A stretch of 60,053 bases of DNA from Actinomycetota bacterium (GCA_046724395.1 JBKOWM010000056.1:1-60053); one strand, 5' to 3'. Positions 18,889-29,070 are shown, counted from the first letter of the stretch. Notes: a model not told the origin generated them from the sequence alone. Made by a program: numbers and translations.

Positions 18889-18971
18889 CGGGAACCCTCC
18901 TCGCTCGCCTCCATCCTGTTGTTCGGATCTGCTCGCCGAAGGGATTCAGCGGCCGCTATGGGGCCGCGGAT

Positions 18972-18989
18972 GTCACGAGAACGTCACGA
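18972..18989. promoter_or_regulatory. GTCACGA direct repeat, 11-bp period (OmpR-family-like box) upstream of whiB
   Basis: GTCACGA-GAAC-GTCACGA. Confidence 0.45.
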
Positions 18990-19054
18990 TCGGCGAGCGG
19001 CGTTGAGGGCTCAAGGAGCTATCGAGAATCCGCGAAGGGTAGCCCGATGAAGGG

Positions 19055-20365
19055 TCAGTCGGAGGCGGCCGGCGGCGGCTCAGGCGCGACGCGCAGAATC
19101 AGCCCGTCGACCCCCCGAACGCGAATCCGGGTACCCGCCGGAATGGGACCGTCGATCGTACGTCCGCGCCAAAGGGCACCCTTGACGAAGACCGGGCCCT
19201 CGGGACGGAGCTCGCCTCTCGTCTCGCCGGCGAGGCCGACGAGCCCTCGCTGCGTCGAGGTCACGCGGTCTCGCGACTGCAGCGCCACGGTGAGCGCGAA
19301 CCCGTAATACACAACGCTCCCGGCGGTCAACGAGCCCGCCAGCCACGGCGAAATGTCGATCAGCGACGAAACGCCGCCGAACATGAGGAGCGACCCGGCG
19401 AGGAACACGACGGCGCCGAGCGCGGTGAGGACGCCGAGGGAACGGCGCAACACGTCGAGGGTCAGGAGTCCGACGCCGCCGAGGATGAGCGCGAGGCCGA
19501 GCCAGGAAAATGGAACGACCGTCAGTCCGTAGACGGCAAGGGCGATCAGCCCGACGCCGGCGAAGCCGGCGAACCCGAAGCCCGGCTGTGTCAGCTCGAA
19601 CGCGAGGGCGGCAAACCCCAAGACGAGCAGCAGGTAGATCGCCGACGGCGAGGCCATCGCATGCAGCACTCGGTCGACTGGGCCCAGATCGGTGAAGCGA
19701 ACCTCGACGGGCGCCTCGCCGGGCCGTTGCGCGATCCTCGTATGCAGGACGACCTTCCCTGTCGCCGTCGCGACCGTCCGCGCGTCGATCTCGCTGAGCA
19801 GATTCGGGATCGACGACGCGGCGACGACGGCCAGATGGTCGCGGAGCGCCGTTCGAGCGGGAACCGGCGCATCGGGAAACATGGGCGAGGGGCGGCCGTG
19901 CGTCGCTGCCCACTCCCCGGCGAGGGAACGAAGCGCGGCCTCGGTGGGGGGATTCGCGTTCCCGGCGTCGGCGAGATCGACGGGCTCGAGTGGCCCGATC
20001 CCGGCGCCTGGGGCAACCGCCGGAAGCGATGACGCCAAGAGCAACAGCAGCGCCGCGCCTCGAGCCTTGGCCGGCGCGGGCCCGACCCAGACGACGACCG
20101 GAACGGTGGCATCGTGGATCCGCCGCGCCAGGGCAACGCCGTCCTGATCGAGCGTCCCCGCCGAGTCGAGCTGAATCACGAGCGTCGCTCGGCTCCGCTC
20201 GGCCTCGCCGAGGCGGTCGAAGAGATAGCGGGCGAGCGTTCGGTCGATCGACCCGTCCACCTTGGCGACGATGACCGAGGCCGACGTGTCGGCGCGAGCC
20301 GGGAGCGACGACAGGCACGCGAAGGCGAGCACGAGCAGCACGAGGGCGACGGCGCGGCGGCGCAT
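19055..20365 (-). CDS. NfeD-family membrane protein (long form, protease motifs degenerate)
   Basis: Signal peptide, VDGSID, VIQLDSAG, VPVVVWV, TM bundle with ELTQPG, C-terminal OB fold G.VFVKGALW. Confidence 0.85.
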   Translation of the reverse strand: MRRRAVALVLLVLAFACLSSLPARADTSASVIVAKVDGSIDRTLARYLFDRLGEAERSRATLVIQLDSAGTLDQDGVALARRIHDATVPVVVWVGPAPAKARGAALLLLLASSLPAVAPGAGIGPLEPVDLADAGNANPPTEAALRSLAGEWAATHGRPSPMFPDAPVPARTALRDHLAVVAASSIPNLLSEIDARTVATATGKVVLHTRIAQRPGEAPVEVRFTDLGPVDRVLHAMASPSAIYLLLVLGFAALAFELTQPGFGFAGFAGVGLIALAVYGLTVVPFSWLGLALILGGVGLLTLDVLRRSLGVLTALGAVVFLAGSLLMFGGVSSLIDISPWLAGSLTAGSVVYYGFALTVALQSRDRVTSTQRGLVGLAGETRGELRPEGPVFVKGALWRGRTIDGPIPAGTRIRVRGVDGLILRVAPEPPPAASD

Positions 20366-20419
20366 TCGCCTGTCATGGTACCGACGGAACCCACGGTATC
20401 CTCCTCGCGACTCCATCCG

Positions 20420-22849
20420 ATGCAGCCGACACGTGTTCGCCGTCCGACGACCACGGCGCAGTCGTCGCGCTCGTTTGCTCCTCTGACCAACCCGCTCCTC
20501 CCCGGGCTGATCGCGGCGGTCGTCGCTATCGCTGCGGGTCTCGTGGCGCTCGTGCTGCTGCCGCTGTTCGGAACGCTCGGCATGGGTGCGACCGCGTTGA
20601 ACGCCCGCCTGCACGCGGCGGGCGCGGGCGTGAGCCTGCGAATCCCGCACTTTCCCGAGCGCTCGACGATCTACGCGAGCGACGGATCGGTCCTCGCGAC
20701 GCTGTACCTGGACGAGAACCGTGAGATCGTCCGGCTCGGCCACGTCGCCGACGTGGCACGTCAGGCGGTCCTGGCGATCGAGGACGACGGGTTCTACCAG
20801 CACGGTGGAATCAACGTGGCATCGGTCGCCCGAGCCCTCATCGCGAACCTCGCGGCTGGACACGTGACGCAGGGCGGGTCCACGATCACGCAACAGCTGG
20901 TGAAGAACGCCGTCATCGAGGACGACGACCAGACGCTCGCGCGGAAGTTCAAGGAAGCCGCCCTCGCGATCCGGATGGAGCGGCGGTACACGAAGGACGA
21001 GATTTTCGAGCTGTATCTGAACGACGTGTACTTCGGCAACGGTGTGTACGGCATCGGCACCGCCGCCCGCTACTATTTCGGTGAGTCGTCTTCGAAGCTC
21101 CGGCTTCCGCAGGCGGCACTCCTCGCAGGGCTCATTCAGGCGCCTGCGGACTACGATCCGGTCACACACCCAAAGGTCGCGCTTCGCCGGCGCAACACCG
21201 TCCTCGATCGGATGCAGACACTCGGGTGGATCACGGCGGACGACGCGCAGACGGCCCGCGAGCGTCCACTCGGCCTCGCGCCGGAGGCCCGGAGAACGAC
21301 CCAGCGAGTTCAGCCGTTCTTCGTCTACTACCTTCGCAACCAGATCCTCGACAACGTCGCACACGAGTTCGACGCGTTCGGGAACACACGCGACCAACGG
21401 ATCCGCACGCTGTACCAGGGCGGGCTCAAGATCTACACGACGCTCGACCCGAGCTGGCAGCGCTACGCGCAGGAGGCGGTGGACGCCAGCCCCTCGATCA
21501 GCCTGCAGGGCGGCCCGGACGTCTCGCTCGTATCCGTCGATGCTCATACCGGCGCGATCCGGGCGATGCTCTCGGGCAAGGACTACCAGCGCGACGAGCT
21601 CGACCTCGCGTGGCGGGGCCGAAGGCAGGTGGGGTCGGCCTTCAAGCCGTTCACGTTGGTCGCGGCGCTCGAGGACGGCGTGCCTCCCGGCAAGGTGTAT
21701 TCGTCGCAATCGCCGTACTGCTCGGCGGCGTGGACGAGTGCCGACCACTGCGTGTCAAATGCCGAGAGCGGGGACCTCGGGTACATCGATCTGTGGACGG
21801 CGACTCAGGACTCGGTGAACGTCGTCTTCGCGCAGCTCGCGCTCGACATCGGCTCCTCGGCCATCGTCGAGGCGGCGCACACGATGGGGGTGACGGCGCC
21901 GCTTCAGGCCGTTCCGTCGATCACCCTCGGAACCGAAGAGGTCTCCACCCTCGACATGGCGTCGGCGTATTCGACGCTCGCAAACAACGGAACACACTGC
22001 GATCCGTTCGCGATCTCGAGGGTCCTGCTTCCGGGAGGGCGGCCGATGTACCGGCATCGCCAATCCTGCAGCACAGCAATCGAGCCTGCCATCGCGCATG
22101 AGGTGACCGCGATGTTGCAGCGTGTCGTCTGCTGCGGAACGGGACGCGCCGCGGCACTCGGACGGCCGGTCGCGGGCAAGACCGGCACGGCACAGGATTA
22201 CACGAACGTGTACTTCGCCGGGTACACGCCGCAGGTAGCGACCGCGGTGTGGGTTGGCTTTCCGCAGGGTCAGATCCCGATGGACTCGTACTACGGCCAC
22301 TCGGTGTACGGCGGAACGTTGGCGGCGCCTATTTGGCGTTCGTTCATGGCCAAGGCGATCGCCGGGATGCCGGTGGCATCGTTCCCCTCCCCGCCGCCGG
22401 AGCGGCACGCAACCGTTCCCGACGTCACGGGGATGGGATGGTTCGAGGCACAGCGTTCGATCGAAAACGCCCGGTTTACGCCGATCGTGCAGCGCGTCGA
22501 GTCGTTCAGGCCGGCCGACGCCGTGCTCGCGCAATCTCCCCCGGCGGGGACCGCCGTGGCGCTTGGCGGAGGCGTGAAACTGATCGTGAGCAACGGCAGG
22601 GGAACGCCGGTCGTCGTCCCGGACGTCGTCGGGCTGACGCAGACGCGCGCGACGCAGCGGCTCGAAGACGCGAAGCTCGTCGTGTCGGTTCGATACGTCG
22701 ACGTCACCGCCAGAAAGGACGACGGCGTCGTGCTCACACAGACGCCCCCCGGCGGCCGGCGCCTCGATCCCGGTTCAACGACCGTCGTGAGCGTGGGCCG
22801 CCAGACGCCCACCGAGGAGACAGCGAACGCGACCGCGGGGGGACCGTGA
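20420..22849 (+). CDS. ponA: Class A penicillin-binding protein with two PASTA domains (PonA2-like)
   Basis: AIEDDGFYQHGG, GGSTITQQ, RKFKE, SAFK, SVN, KTGT, VPDVTG/VPDVVG PASTA repeats. Confidence 0.92.
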   Translation: MQPTRVRRPTTTAQSSRSFAPLTNPLLPGLIAAVVAIAAGLVALVLLPLFGTLGMGATALNARLHAAGAGVSLRIPHFPERSTIYASDGSVLATLYLDENREIVRLGHVADVARQAVLAIEDDGFYQHGGINVASVARALIANLAAGHVTQGGSTITQQLVKNAVIEDDDQTLARKFKEAALAIRMERRYTKDEIFELYLNDVYFGNGVYGIGTAARYYFGESSSKLRLPQAALLAGLIQAPADYDPVTHPKVALRRRNTVLDRMQTLGWITADDAQTARERPLGLAPEARRTTQRVQPFFVYYLRNQILDNVAHEFDAFGNTRDQRIRTLYQGGLKIYTTLDPSWQRYAQEAVDASPSISLQGGPDVSLVSVDAHTGAIRAMLSGKDYQRDELDLAWRGRRQVGSAFKPFTLVAALEDGVPPGKVYSSQSPYCSAAWTSADHCVSNAESGDLGYIDLWTATQDSVNVVFAQLALDIGSSAIVEAAHTMGVTAPLQAVPSITLGTEEVSTLDMASAYSTLANNGTHCDPFAISRVLLPGGRPMYRHRQSCSTAIEPAIAHEVTAMLQRVVCCGTGRAAALGRPVAGKTGTAQDYTNVYFAGYTPQVATAVWVGFPQGQIPMDSYYGHSVYGGTLAAPIWRSFMAKAIAGMPVASFPSPPPERHATVPDVTGMGWFEAQRSIENARFTPIVQRVESFRPADAVLAQSPPAGTAVALGGGVKLIVSNGRGTPVVVPDVVGLTQTRATQRLEDAKLVVSVRYVDVTARKDDGVVLTQTPPGGRRLDPGSTTVVSVGRQTPTEETANATAGGP

Positions 22850-22870
22850 TCGCCTCCCGCGCGGCGGAGG

Positions 22871-23326
22871 TCACGCGCCGAGGCGAGCGCGGACCTTCGC
22901 CTGCACGATGCTCCCGTCGACGCGGCCCCTGGCGCCGGCCATCACGGCGGCCATGACCTTCCCCAGCTCCTTCGACGAGGTGGCCCCGGTCGACGCGATC
23001 GCCTCGTCGATCAACGTTTCGACTTCCGCGTCCGAGAGCCGCTCCGGGGCATAGGCGGCCAGGACGTGGCGCTCGGCCGTCTCCTTGTCGACGAGGTCCC
23101 GACGCCCTCCCCGCTCGAACGCCTCGATCGACTCCGTGCGCTTCTTCACCTCGCGCGCGGCGACGTCGCGAACCTCGTCGTCGGACAACTCGTGCCGAAG
23201 CTCCTTCTCGCGGTTCGTCATCGCCGCCGAAAGCATGCGAAGCGCCCCCAGCCGCGGCTTGTCACCCGCGCGAAGCGCGTCGGTGATCTCGCGCTGAAGG
23301 CGAGTCTTGAGCGACTCCTCGGCCAC
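22871..23326 (-). CDS. GatB/YqeY domain protein
   Basis: LKTRLQ..A.RAGD, REVKKR.ESIEAF, GKVM..V..GRVDG. Confidence 0.92.
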   Translation of the reverse strand: MAEESLKTRLQREITDALRAGDKPRLGALRMLSAAMTNREKELRHELSDDEVRDVAAREVKKRTESIEAFERGGRRDLVDKETAERHVLAAYAPERLSDAEVETLIDEAIASTGATSSKELGKVMAAVMAGARGRVDGSIVQAKVRARLGA

Positions 23327-23340
23327 CGTAGACTCCGTGT

Positions 23341-24210
23341 GTGCTGCCCGCCGTGCTCGCCACCGCCGCCGCCGGTGTCGGCTGCGTGGCGTACGGGGTG
23401 CTGATCGAACGCCGCTGGTACCGGCTCACCCGTCGCCGGCTGGACATCCTACCCGCGGCTGCTTCCGGGGCGATCACGGTGCTGCATCTGTCGGACCTGC
23501 ACGTCGTCCGCGAATCGCGTGCCCTTCGGCGGTTTCTTTCGACGATGCCGAGCGTCGACATCACCGCGGTGACGGGGGACATCCTCGGCGAGCCCGGTGC
23601 GGTCGAGGAGGCCGTCGAATTGCTGCGCGGCGTGCGCGGCACGGTCGCCTCGTACTTCGTCCTCGGCTCGAACGACTACTACGTTCCACGCCCCCTCAAC
23701 CCGGCGCGGTACTTCGTCCCCAGTCAGCGGCGAAGGCGGAAGGCACCGCGCGGCCGGGCGAACGATCTGGTGAAGCAGCTCGAGGGCGAGGGGTGGATCC
23801 ATCTCGGCAACGCCACCACGACGGTGGACGTGAACGGGTTCCACATCGATGTCTTGGGGCTCGACGATCCGCACATCGACCGGCAGGATCTGCGTGCGGC
23901 CGCGGGGAGGTCTGCGAAGACATTCGGCCTCGGTGTCGTGCACTCGCCCGACCCGATGCCGGAGCTCGCGGCGCTCGGCTGGGATCTGGTCGTGTACGGC
24001 CACACCCACGGCGGACAGGTCCGCATGCCGATGATCGGGGCGCTGATCACGAACTCGTACGTCCCGCGACGTCTCGTCTCCGGCCTCATTCGTCTCGGCG
24101 ACGTCTACGCGCACATCTCGTCGGGACTCGGAACGAGCAAGTACGCGCCGTTCCGGTTCCTATGTCGCCCTGAGGCGACGGTGCTCGATCTGCGACCATC
24201 CGCGCCGTAA
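23341..24210 (+). CDS. Metallophosphoesterase (YkuE/Rv3683-like)
   Basis: HLSDLH, TGD, GSNDY, HSPD, GHTHGGQ, GLGTS..PFRF.CRPE. Confidence 0.92.
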   Translation: MLPAVLATAAAGVGCVAYGVLIERRWYRLTRRRLDILPAAASGAITVLHLSDLHVVRESRALRRFLSTMPSVDITAVTGDILGEPGAVEEAVELLRGVRGTVASYFVLGSNDYYVPRPLNPARYFVPSQRRRRKAPRGRANDLVKQLEGEGWIHLGNATTTVDVNGFHIDVLGLDDPHIDRQDLRAAAGRSAKTFGLGVVHSPDPMPELAALGWDLVVYGHTHGGQVRMPMIGALITNSYVPRRLVSGLIRLGDVYAHISSGLGTSKYAPFRFLCRPEATVLDLRPSAP

Positions 24211-24233
24211 CCCCTCGTTCGGGTGGCGACGGC

Positions 24234-25619
24234 TCAATCCTCGCGGCCAACCATCCGCTCGGCGCGAACGACCTCGTCGTACTCGGTCTCCGTGACGTAG
24301 CCGAGGTCGAGCGCGGCCTGCCTGAGCGTGATCCCCTCGTGATGCGCCTTCTTCGCAACCTCGGCGGCCTTGTCGTAACCGATCGTTGGCGACAGCGCCG
24401 TCACCATCATCAGCGAGCGATCGACGAGCTCGGCGATGCGTTCCCGGTTCGCCTCGATCCCCTCGACGCAGAACTCGCGGAACGTACGGCACACGTCCGA
24501 CAAGATCGCGACCGAATGCAGGAAGTTGCGGATGATCACCGGCTTGAAGACGTTCAGCTCGAAGTTGCCCTGCGACCCGGCCACCGTAACGGCGACGTCG
24601 TTGCCGAAGACCTGACAACAGACCATCGTGACGGCCTCGGCCTGCGTGGGGTTCACCTTGCCCGGCATGATCGAGGATCCGGGCTCGTTCTCGGGCAGGG
24701 TGAGCTCGCCCAGACCGCTCCGCGGCCCGCTCGCGAGCCAACGGACGTCGTTCGCGATCTTCATCAGCGACACCGCGAGCGTCCGGAGCGCACCGTGCGC
24801 CATGACGATCGCGTCGTGTGCCGCGAGCGACGCGAAGAGGTTCGGCGCGCGGCGGAACGGGAGGCGGGTGATCTCGGCGATCTTCGCCGCCGCCAGATCG
24901 CCGAAGCCGGCGGGCGCGTTCAGCCCCGTCCCGACGGCCGTCCCGCCGATCGCGAGCTCGTAGATGCCGGGCAGGACCTGCTCGATCCGTTGGAGGTCGG
25001 CGTCGAGCATCGCCACGTACCCCGAGAACTCCTGCCCCAGCGTCAGGGGCACGGCGTCCTGGAGATGCGTGCGTCCGATCTTCACGATATCTGCGAATTC
25101 GCGGCTCTTGGCTTCAAGCGCGTCCCGCAGCCGGCGGACGGAGGGGAGCAGGCGCTCGACCACCTCGGTCGCGGCGGCGATGTGCATCGCCGTCGGAAAC
25201 GCGTCGTTCGAGGACTGTGAGCGGTTGACGTCGTCGTTCGGGTGGATCGGCGTCTTCGAGCCGAGCTCTCCCCCGAGGAGCTCGATCGCGCGGTTCGAGA
25301 TGACCTCGTTCGCGTTCATGTTGGATTGCGTTCCGGAACCGGTCTGCCAGACGGACAGCGGAAAATGCTCGTCGAGCGCCCCGTCGATCACCTCGTCCGC
25401 CGCGCGCTCGATGGCGTCGGCCTTGTCGGCCGAGAGCGCCCCGAGTTCCCGATTGGCCAGGGCGGCCGCTCTCTTGAGCACGCCGAACGCGCGGACGACC
25501 TCGACGGGCATTCGGTCGTTGCCGATCGCGAAGTGGTGAAGGGAACGCTGCGTCTGCGCGCCCCAGTACCGATCGTCGGGAACCTCCACAGGGCCCATGC
25601 TGTCCGTCTCGACCCTCAT
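24234..25619 (-). CDS. fumC: Class II fumarate hydratase
   Basis: [46 protein letters not shown]. Confidence 0.97.
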   Translation of the reverse strand: MRVETDSMGPVEVPDDRYWGAQTQRSLHHFAIGNDRMPVEVVRAFGVLKRAAALANRELGALSADKADAIERAADEVIDGALDEHFPLSVWQTGSGTQSNMNANEVISNRAIELLGGELGSKTPIHPNDDVNRSQSSNDAFPTAMHIAAATEVVERLLPSVRRLRDALEAKSREFADIVKIGRTHLQDAVPLTLGQEFSGYVAMLDADLQRIEQVLPGIYELAIGGTAVGTGLNAPAGFGDLAAAKIAEITRLPFRRAPNLFASLAAHDAIVMAHGALRTLAVSLMKIANDVRWLASGPRSGLGELTLPENEPGSSIMPGKVNPTQAEAVTMVCCQVFGNDVAVTVAGSQGNFELNVFKPVIIRNFLHSVAILSDVCRTFREFCVEGIEANRERIAELVDRSLMMVTALSPTIGYDKAAEVAKKAHHEGITLRQAALDLGYVTETEYDEVVRAERMVGRED

Positions 25620-26656
25620 CGCCCCCCCTCGACCGCCGCCTCGAACACCCTCTCGTATCCCTCGACCATCGCCTCCTTCGAGAAGAGGCGCTGGACGCGC
25701 TCCCGGCAGGCGCGGGGGTCGATCTCGCCGAGCCGTTTGAGGCGCTGCGCCGTCTGCGCGGGATAGTCGTCGACATCGACGATCCAGCCCGTCACGCCGT
25801 CCTCGATGACCTCGGGAACGGAGCCGCGCCGCGTTGCGATCACCGGGGTCCCGCAGGCCATCGCCTCCGTCATCACCAAGCCGAACGGCTCCGGCCAGTC
25901 GATCGGGAACAGAACCGCCTTTGCACGTTGGAGCAGGGATACCTTCTGTTCGTGCGAGATCTCACCGAGGACCTGCGCTCCGGGCGCCAGAATCGGCCTC
26001 ACGTTGTGCTCCCACTCGTCGCGCTCACGCGGGTGGGCGATCTTCACGGCCGAGATCAGGCGTTCGCCGGCGACCATCGCCGCCTCGACCGCGCGACGCC
26101 ATCCTTTGTCGGGGTCCGCCCTGCCAAGAAACAGCAGGAAGTCCTCCTTGTCGGCCCGAAACGGGTACCGCTCCATGTCGATGCCGTTGCAGACGACACC
26201 CCCGTAGTGAAGGTCCGGGGCGAAGTCGCGCTGCGCCCGGCTGATGGCGACGAACCAGGCGCGGCCCTCGATGAACGAGTACAGCCGGCGCATCTCTGGA
26301 GTAAACGAGCCGTGCAGCGTGTGCACGACCGGCAACCCCGTTTCCACGGCAGCCGCGAGGGCGGAGAACGGCGCGTGCACGTGGAGCACGTCGAACCGGT
26401 CGCGAACGTCACGAAGGGAGAACAGAGTATGAGTGGTATCGAGCACGGGGTCGTTGATGCTCGCCGACCCGGGGGCGCGCTCGTAGACGAACTCCAAGCC
26501 GGCCTTCGTCCGCGAGTCGCCGGTCGCGAACAGCGTCACATCGTGGCGGCCGGTCTCCGCGAGGCCGTCGGCGAGTAGTGCGACAACCCACTCGATCCCG
26601 CCGTAGCCCTTCGGCGGAACCGCCAGCCACGGCGGGGAGACCTCCGCGATCCTCAT
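25616..26656 (-). CDS. Glycosyltransferase family 4
   Basis: [15 protein letters not shown]...[20 protein letters not shown]. Confidence 0.93.
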   Translation of the reverse strand: MRIAEVSPPWLAVPPKGYGGIEWVVALLADGLAETGRHDVTLFATGDSRTKAGLEFVYERAPGSASINDPVLDTTHTLFSLRDVRDRFDVLHVHAPFSALAAAVETGLPVVHTLHGSFTPEMRRLYSFIEGRAWFVAISRAQRDFAPDLHYGGVVCNGIDMERYPFRADKEDFLLFLGRADPDKGWRRAVEAAMVAGERLISAVKIAHPRERDEWEHNVRPILAPGAQVLGEISHEQKVSLLQRAKAVLFPIDWPEPFGLVMTEAMACGTPVIATRRGSVPEVIEDGVTGWIVDVDDYPAQTAQRLKRLGEIDPRACRERVQRLFSKEAMVEGYERVFEAAVEGGR

Positions 26657-26739
26657 CGAACCTCCTCCGCCGGCCCGCCGGGTGCCTCAAGGGTACCCGC
26701 GCGCCTCGTCAAGGCCCGAGCGGCTACACTGAGCGGCCG

Positions 26740-26813
26740 CGGGACGTGGCGCAGTTTGGTAGCGCGCAGCGTTCGGGACGCTGAGGTCGCGGGTTCAAAT
26801 CCCGCCGTCCCGA
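26740..26813 (+). tRNA. tRNA-Pro (anticodon CGG), CCA not encoded
   Basis: CGGGACG/CGTCCCG acceptor stem, CAGCG-TTCGGGA-CGCTG anticodon arm, GGTTCAAATCC T loop; TACACT -10 upstream. Confidence 0.97.
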
Positions 26814-26881
26814 CTGCCGAGGGCCAATTGGCCCAATGAGGGTGGGTCGGAGCCCCCGCCAGACGTTGCCGTTCCAGGTGA

Positions 26882-26911
26882 TTGACGCACCCCAGACGAC
26901 GTGGTTACCCT
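26882..26911 (+). promoter_or_regulatory. Housekeeping-sigma promoter for the NlpC/P60 gene
   Basis: TTGACG-N18-TACCCT. Confidence 0.5.
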
Positions 26912-26968
26912 CGCGGCGGCTGCGAAACGCTCGAGCGTGTACGCAGCCTTTGTGCTGTCCGGAGGACG

Positions 26969-27997
26969 ATGAGCAGAACGAACCGACTCGCCGCGCGGCT
27001 CACGATCGCCGCGCTCGTGACGATCACCGGGACGATCGGCGTCTCGACCCTCTCCTCCGCAGCACCGTCGAGGGAGGACGTCCAGGCCGCCCAGACGCGG
27101 ATCGACCAGCTGAACCAGCACATGTCGCTCCTCGTCGAACAGTACGACCAGGCCCAGACGCGCCTGCAGGACATCGAGGCCCGGCTCGCGGATGCCCGGG
27201 CCGATGCGCAGCACGCACAGTCGACCGCCGATCGCGCCCTGCAGAAGCTCAACGAGCGCGCCGCCTCCGTGTACACGCGCGTCGGCTCGGAACTCGAGGT
27301 GTTGCTCGGCGCCGGATCGTTCGCCGAGTTCTCGGACCGTCTCGAGTACGTCGGCAGCCTCGCACAGGCCGATACGGACGTCGCGACGCAGGCCGCGCGC
27401 GCGCAGCAGCAGGCGAAGTGGGCGGGCGAGCGACTGCAGGACGCTATGAAGGACCAGAGGCAGGTGCTCGACGAGATCCGGCGGAAAGAGGACGAGATCC
27501 GCGGCGCCATCGAGGACGCCAAGGCCGAATACCAACAAATCAACCAGGAGTACCGGAACTATCTCGATGCGCAGGCTGCCGCGGAGGCGGCGACCGTCGC
27601 GCCGTTCTCCGTGTCGCCGCCGCCCGGCGGGCCTCCGCCGGCGTCGAACCCCAACGCGCAGGCAGCGATCGACGCTGCGTACTCGGTCATCGGGACGCCG
27701 TACGTCTGGGGCGCCGCCGATCCGAGCGTCGGGTTCGACTGCTCGGGTCTGACGATGTGGGCGTGGGCCCACGCGGGCGTGTCCCTTCCGCACTCGTCCG
27801 AGATGCAGTACGCGGTGCTTCCGCACATCAGCCCGAGCGACGCGCAACCGGGCGACCTGATCTTCTTCTACTCGCCGATCAGCCACGTCGGCCTCTACAT
27901 CGGAGGCGGTCAAATGATCGACGCGAGCCACCCCGGCGACGTCGTGAACGTCCGGTCGGTCAGTTGGTCGTACGTGACCGGCGCCGCTCGCCCCTGA
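26969..27997 (+). CDS. Secreted coiled-coil NlpC/P60 peptidoglycan endopeptidase
   Basis: GGAGG RBS, signal peptide, long coiled coil, GTPYVWG..GFDCSGL..HVGLY. Confidence 0.93.
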   Translation: MSRTNRLAARLTIAALVTITGTIGVSTLSSAAPSREDVQAAQTRIDQLNQHMSLLVEQYDQAQTRLQDIEARLADARADAQHAQSTADRALQKLNERAASVYTRVGSELEVLLGAGSFAEFSDRLEYVGSLAQADTDVATQAARAQQQAKWAGERLQDAMKDQRQVLDEIRRKEDEIRGAIEDAKAEYQQINQEYRNYLDAQAAAEAATVAPFSVSPPPGGPPPASNPNAQAAIDAAYSVIGTPYVWGAADPSVGFDCSGLTMWAWAHAGVSLPHSSEMQYAVLPHISPSDAQPGDLIFFYSPISHVGLYIGGGQMIDASHPGDVVNVRSVSWSYVTGAARP

Positions 27998-28049
27998 CGT
28001 CGGCCCCGTCGCGCGCCGGCGCTCGCGCTAGTGCGTTTCGAGGCGGCAG

Positions 28050-28259
28050 CTACCCGGCGATCGGTGGATGCTCGAGGTCGGCGAGACGCTGCTCCGCTTG
28101 GCTCACGAGTGGGTCATTGCCGATCTCGCGCGCCTCGTCGCGTGCCCGTTCGAGCAGTTCGCGGGCCTGCCGCCGGCGCACGTCCTGCTTCCCGGCGGTG
28201 GAGTACTTCAGCCTCTCGTCGGCCTTCACGATCAGCTCGAAGATTTCCTGCGGGGTCAC
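28050..28259 (-). CDS. Small helical hypothetical protein (69 aa)
   Basis: GGAGG-7nt-GTG; MTPQEIFELIVKADERLKY... Confidence 0.75.
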   Translation of the reverse strand: MTPQEIFELIVKADERLKYSTAGKQDVRRRQARELLERARDEAREIGNDPLVSQAEQRLADLEHPPIAG

Positions 28260-28380
28260 GACATCACCTCCACTGCACGGTGGAGCATCGACGTGTGGGA
28301 GCTTCGCATGGCGATGGAATCCGTGCGCGAGCCCGAGGAGGCTACGAGGGCGCGGTCTCGACCGCCGGTACGCTCGGCCC

Positions 28381-29070
28381 ATGCGATCGCACGGCTCGGG
28401 TGTTTCCCGGCTCGTCCTGTTCGACGTCGACGGGACCTTGATCACGAGCGGCGGCGCCGGCGCGCGGGCGTGGGCGCACGCGTTCGAGAGCCTGTACGGC
28501 GTCCCGGCCGATATCGGCTCACACTCCGAGGCCGGCGAGACCGATCCCGCCGTCGCGCGCCAGACGTTCGCGGCGTCGCTCGGTCGGCGGCCGACGCACG
28601 AAGAGCTCGCCCGCCTGTTCGCCATGTACCTACGCCGCCTCGCCACAGAGGTCGCGACATCTCCGGGCTATCGCGTCCTCGACGGCGTCGAGCCGCTCCT
28701 CGACGCGCTGTCCGAGGAAGGAACGATGCTGGGCATCGTTTCAGGTGCGATGGAGGGCGCCGCGCGCGTGAAGCTCGAGCGCGCCGGTCTGAACCGATTC
28801 TTCCTCTTCGGTGGCTACGGATCGGACTCGCCCGACCGAACCGAGCTCACGCGGATCGCGCTCGAGAAAGCGAGTGTCCTGCATGGGAGGACCATCGACC
28901 GCGCGTCCGTTCTCGTCGTCGGTGACACACCCCGCGACGTCACCGCCGCCCACGCGACCCGGTGCGTCGCTGTCGCCGTCGCGAGCGGCAAGTACGTCGT
29001 CGAGGAGCTCCGCGGCGCGGGTGCCGACCACGTACTGCACTCGCTCGCCGATCGATTCCCAGGCCTCTGA
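28381..29070 (+). CDS. HAD family hydrolase
   Basis: LFDVDGTL, VVGDTPRD. Confidence 0.92.
   Translation: MRSHGSGVSRLVLFDVDGTLITSGGAGARAWAHAFESLYGVPADIGSHSEAGETDPAVARQTFAASLGRRPTHEELARLFAMYLRRLATEVATSPGYRVLDGVEPLLDALSEEGTMLGIVSGAMEGAARVKLERAGLNRFFLFGGYGSDSPDRTELTRIALEKASVLHGRTIDRASVLVVGDTPRDVTAAHATRCVAVAVASGKYVVEELRGAGADHVLHSLADRFPGL

Noticed and set aside
18900-18960. c-di-AMP (ydaO) riboswitch suggested by GCTGAATCC upstream of whiB
   Set aside because: The remaining conserved elements (GGGGAACC, second GAATC, CCCGTCAGCTAAC) are not present
26740-26813. tRNA-Pro as an island attachment site, or as tRNA-Sec
   Set aside because: Anticodon is CGG with a short variable arm; I saw no integrase or duplicated tRNA 3' end
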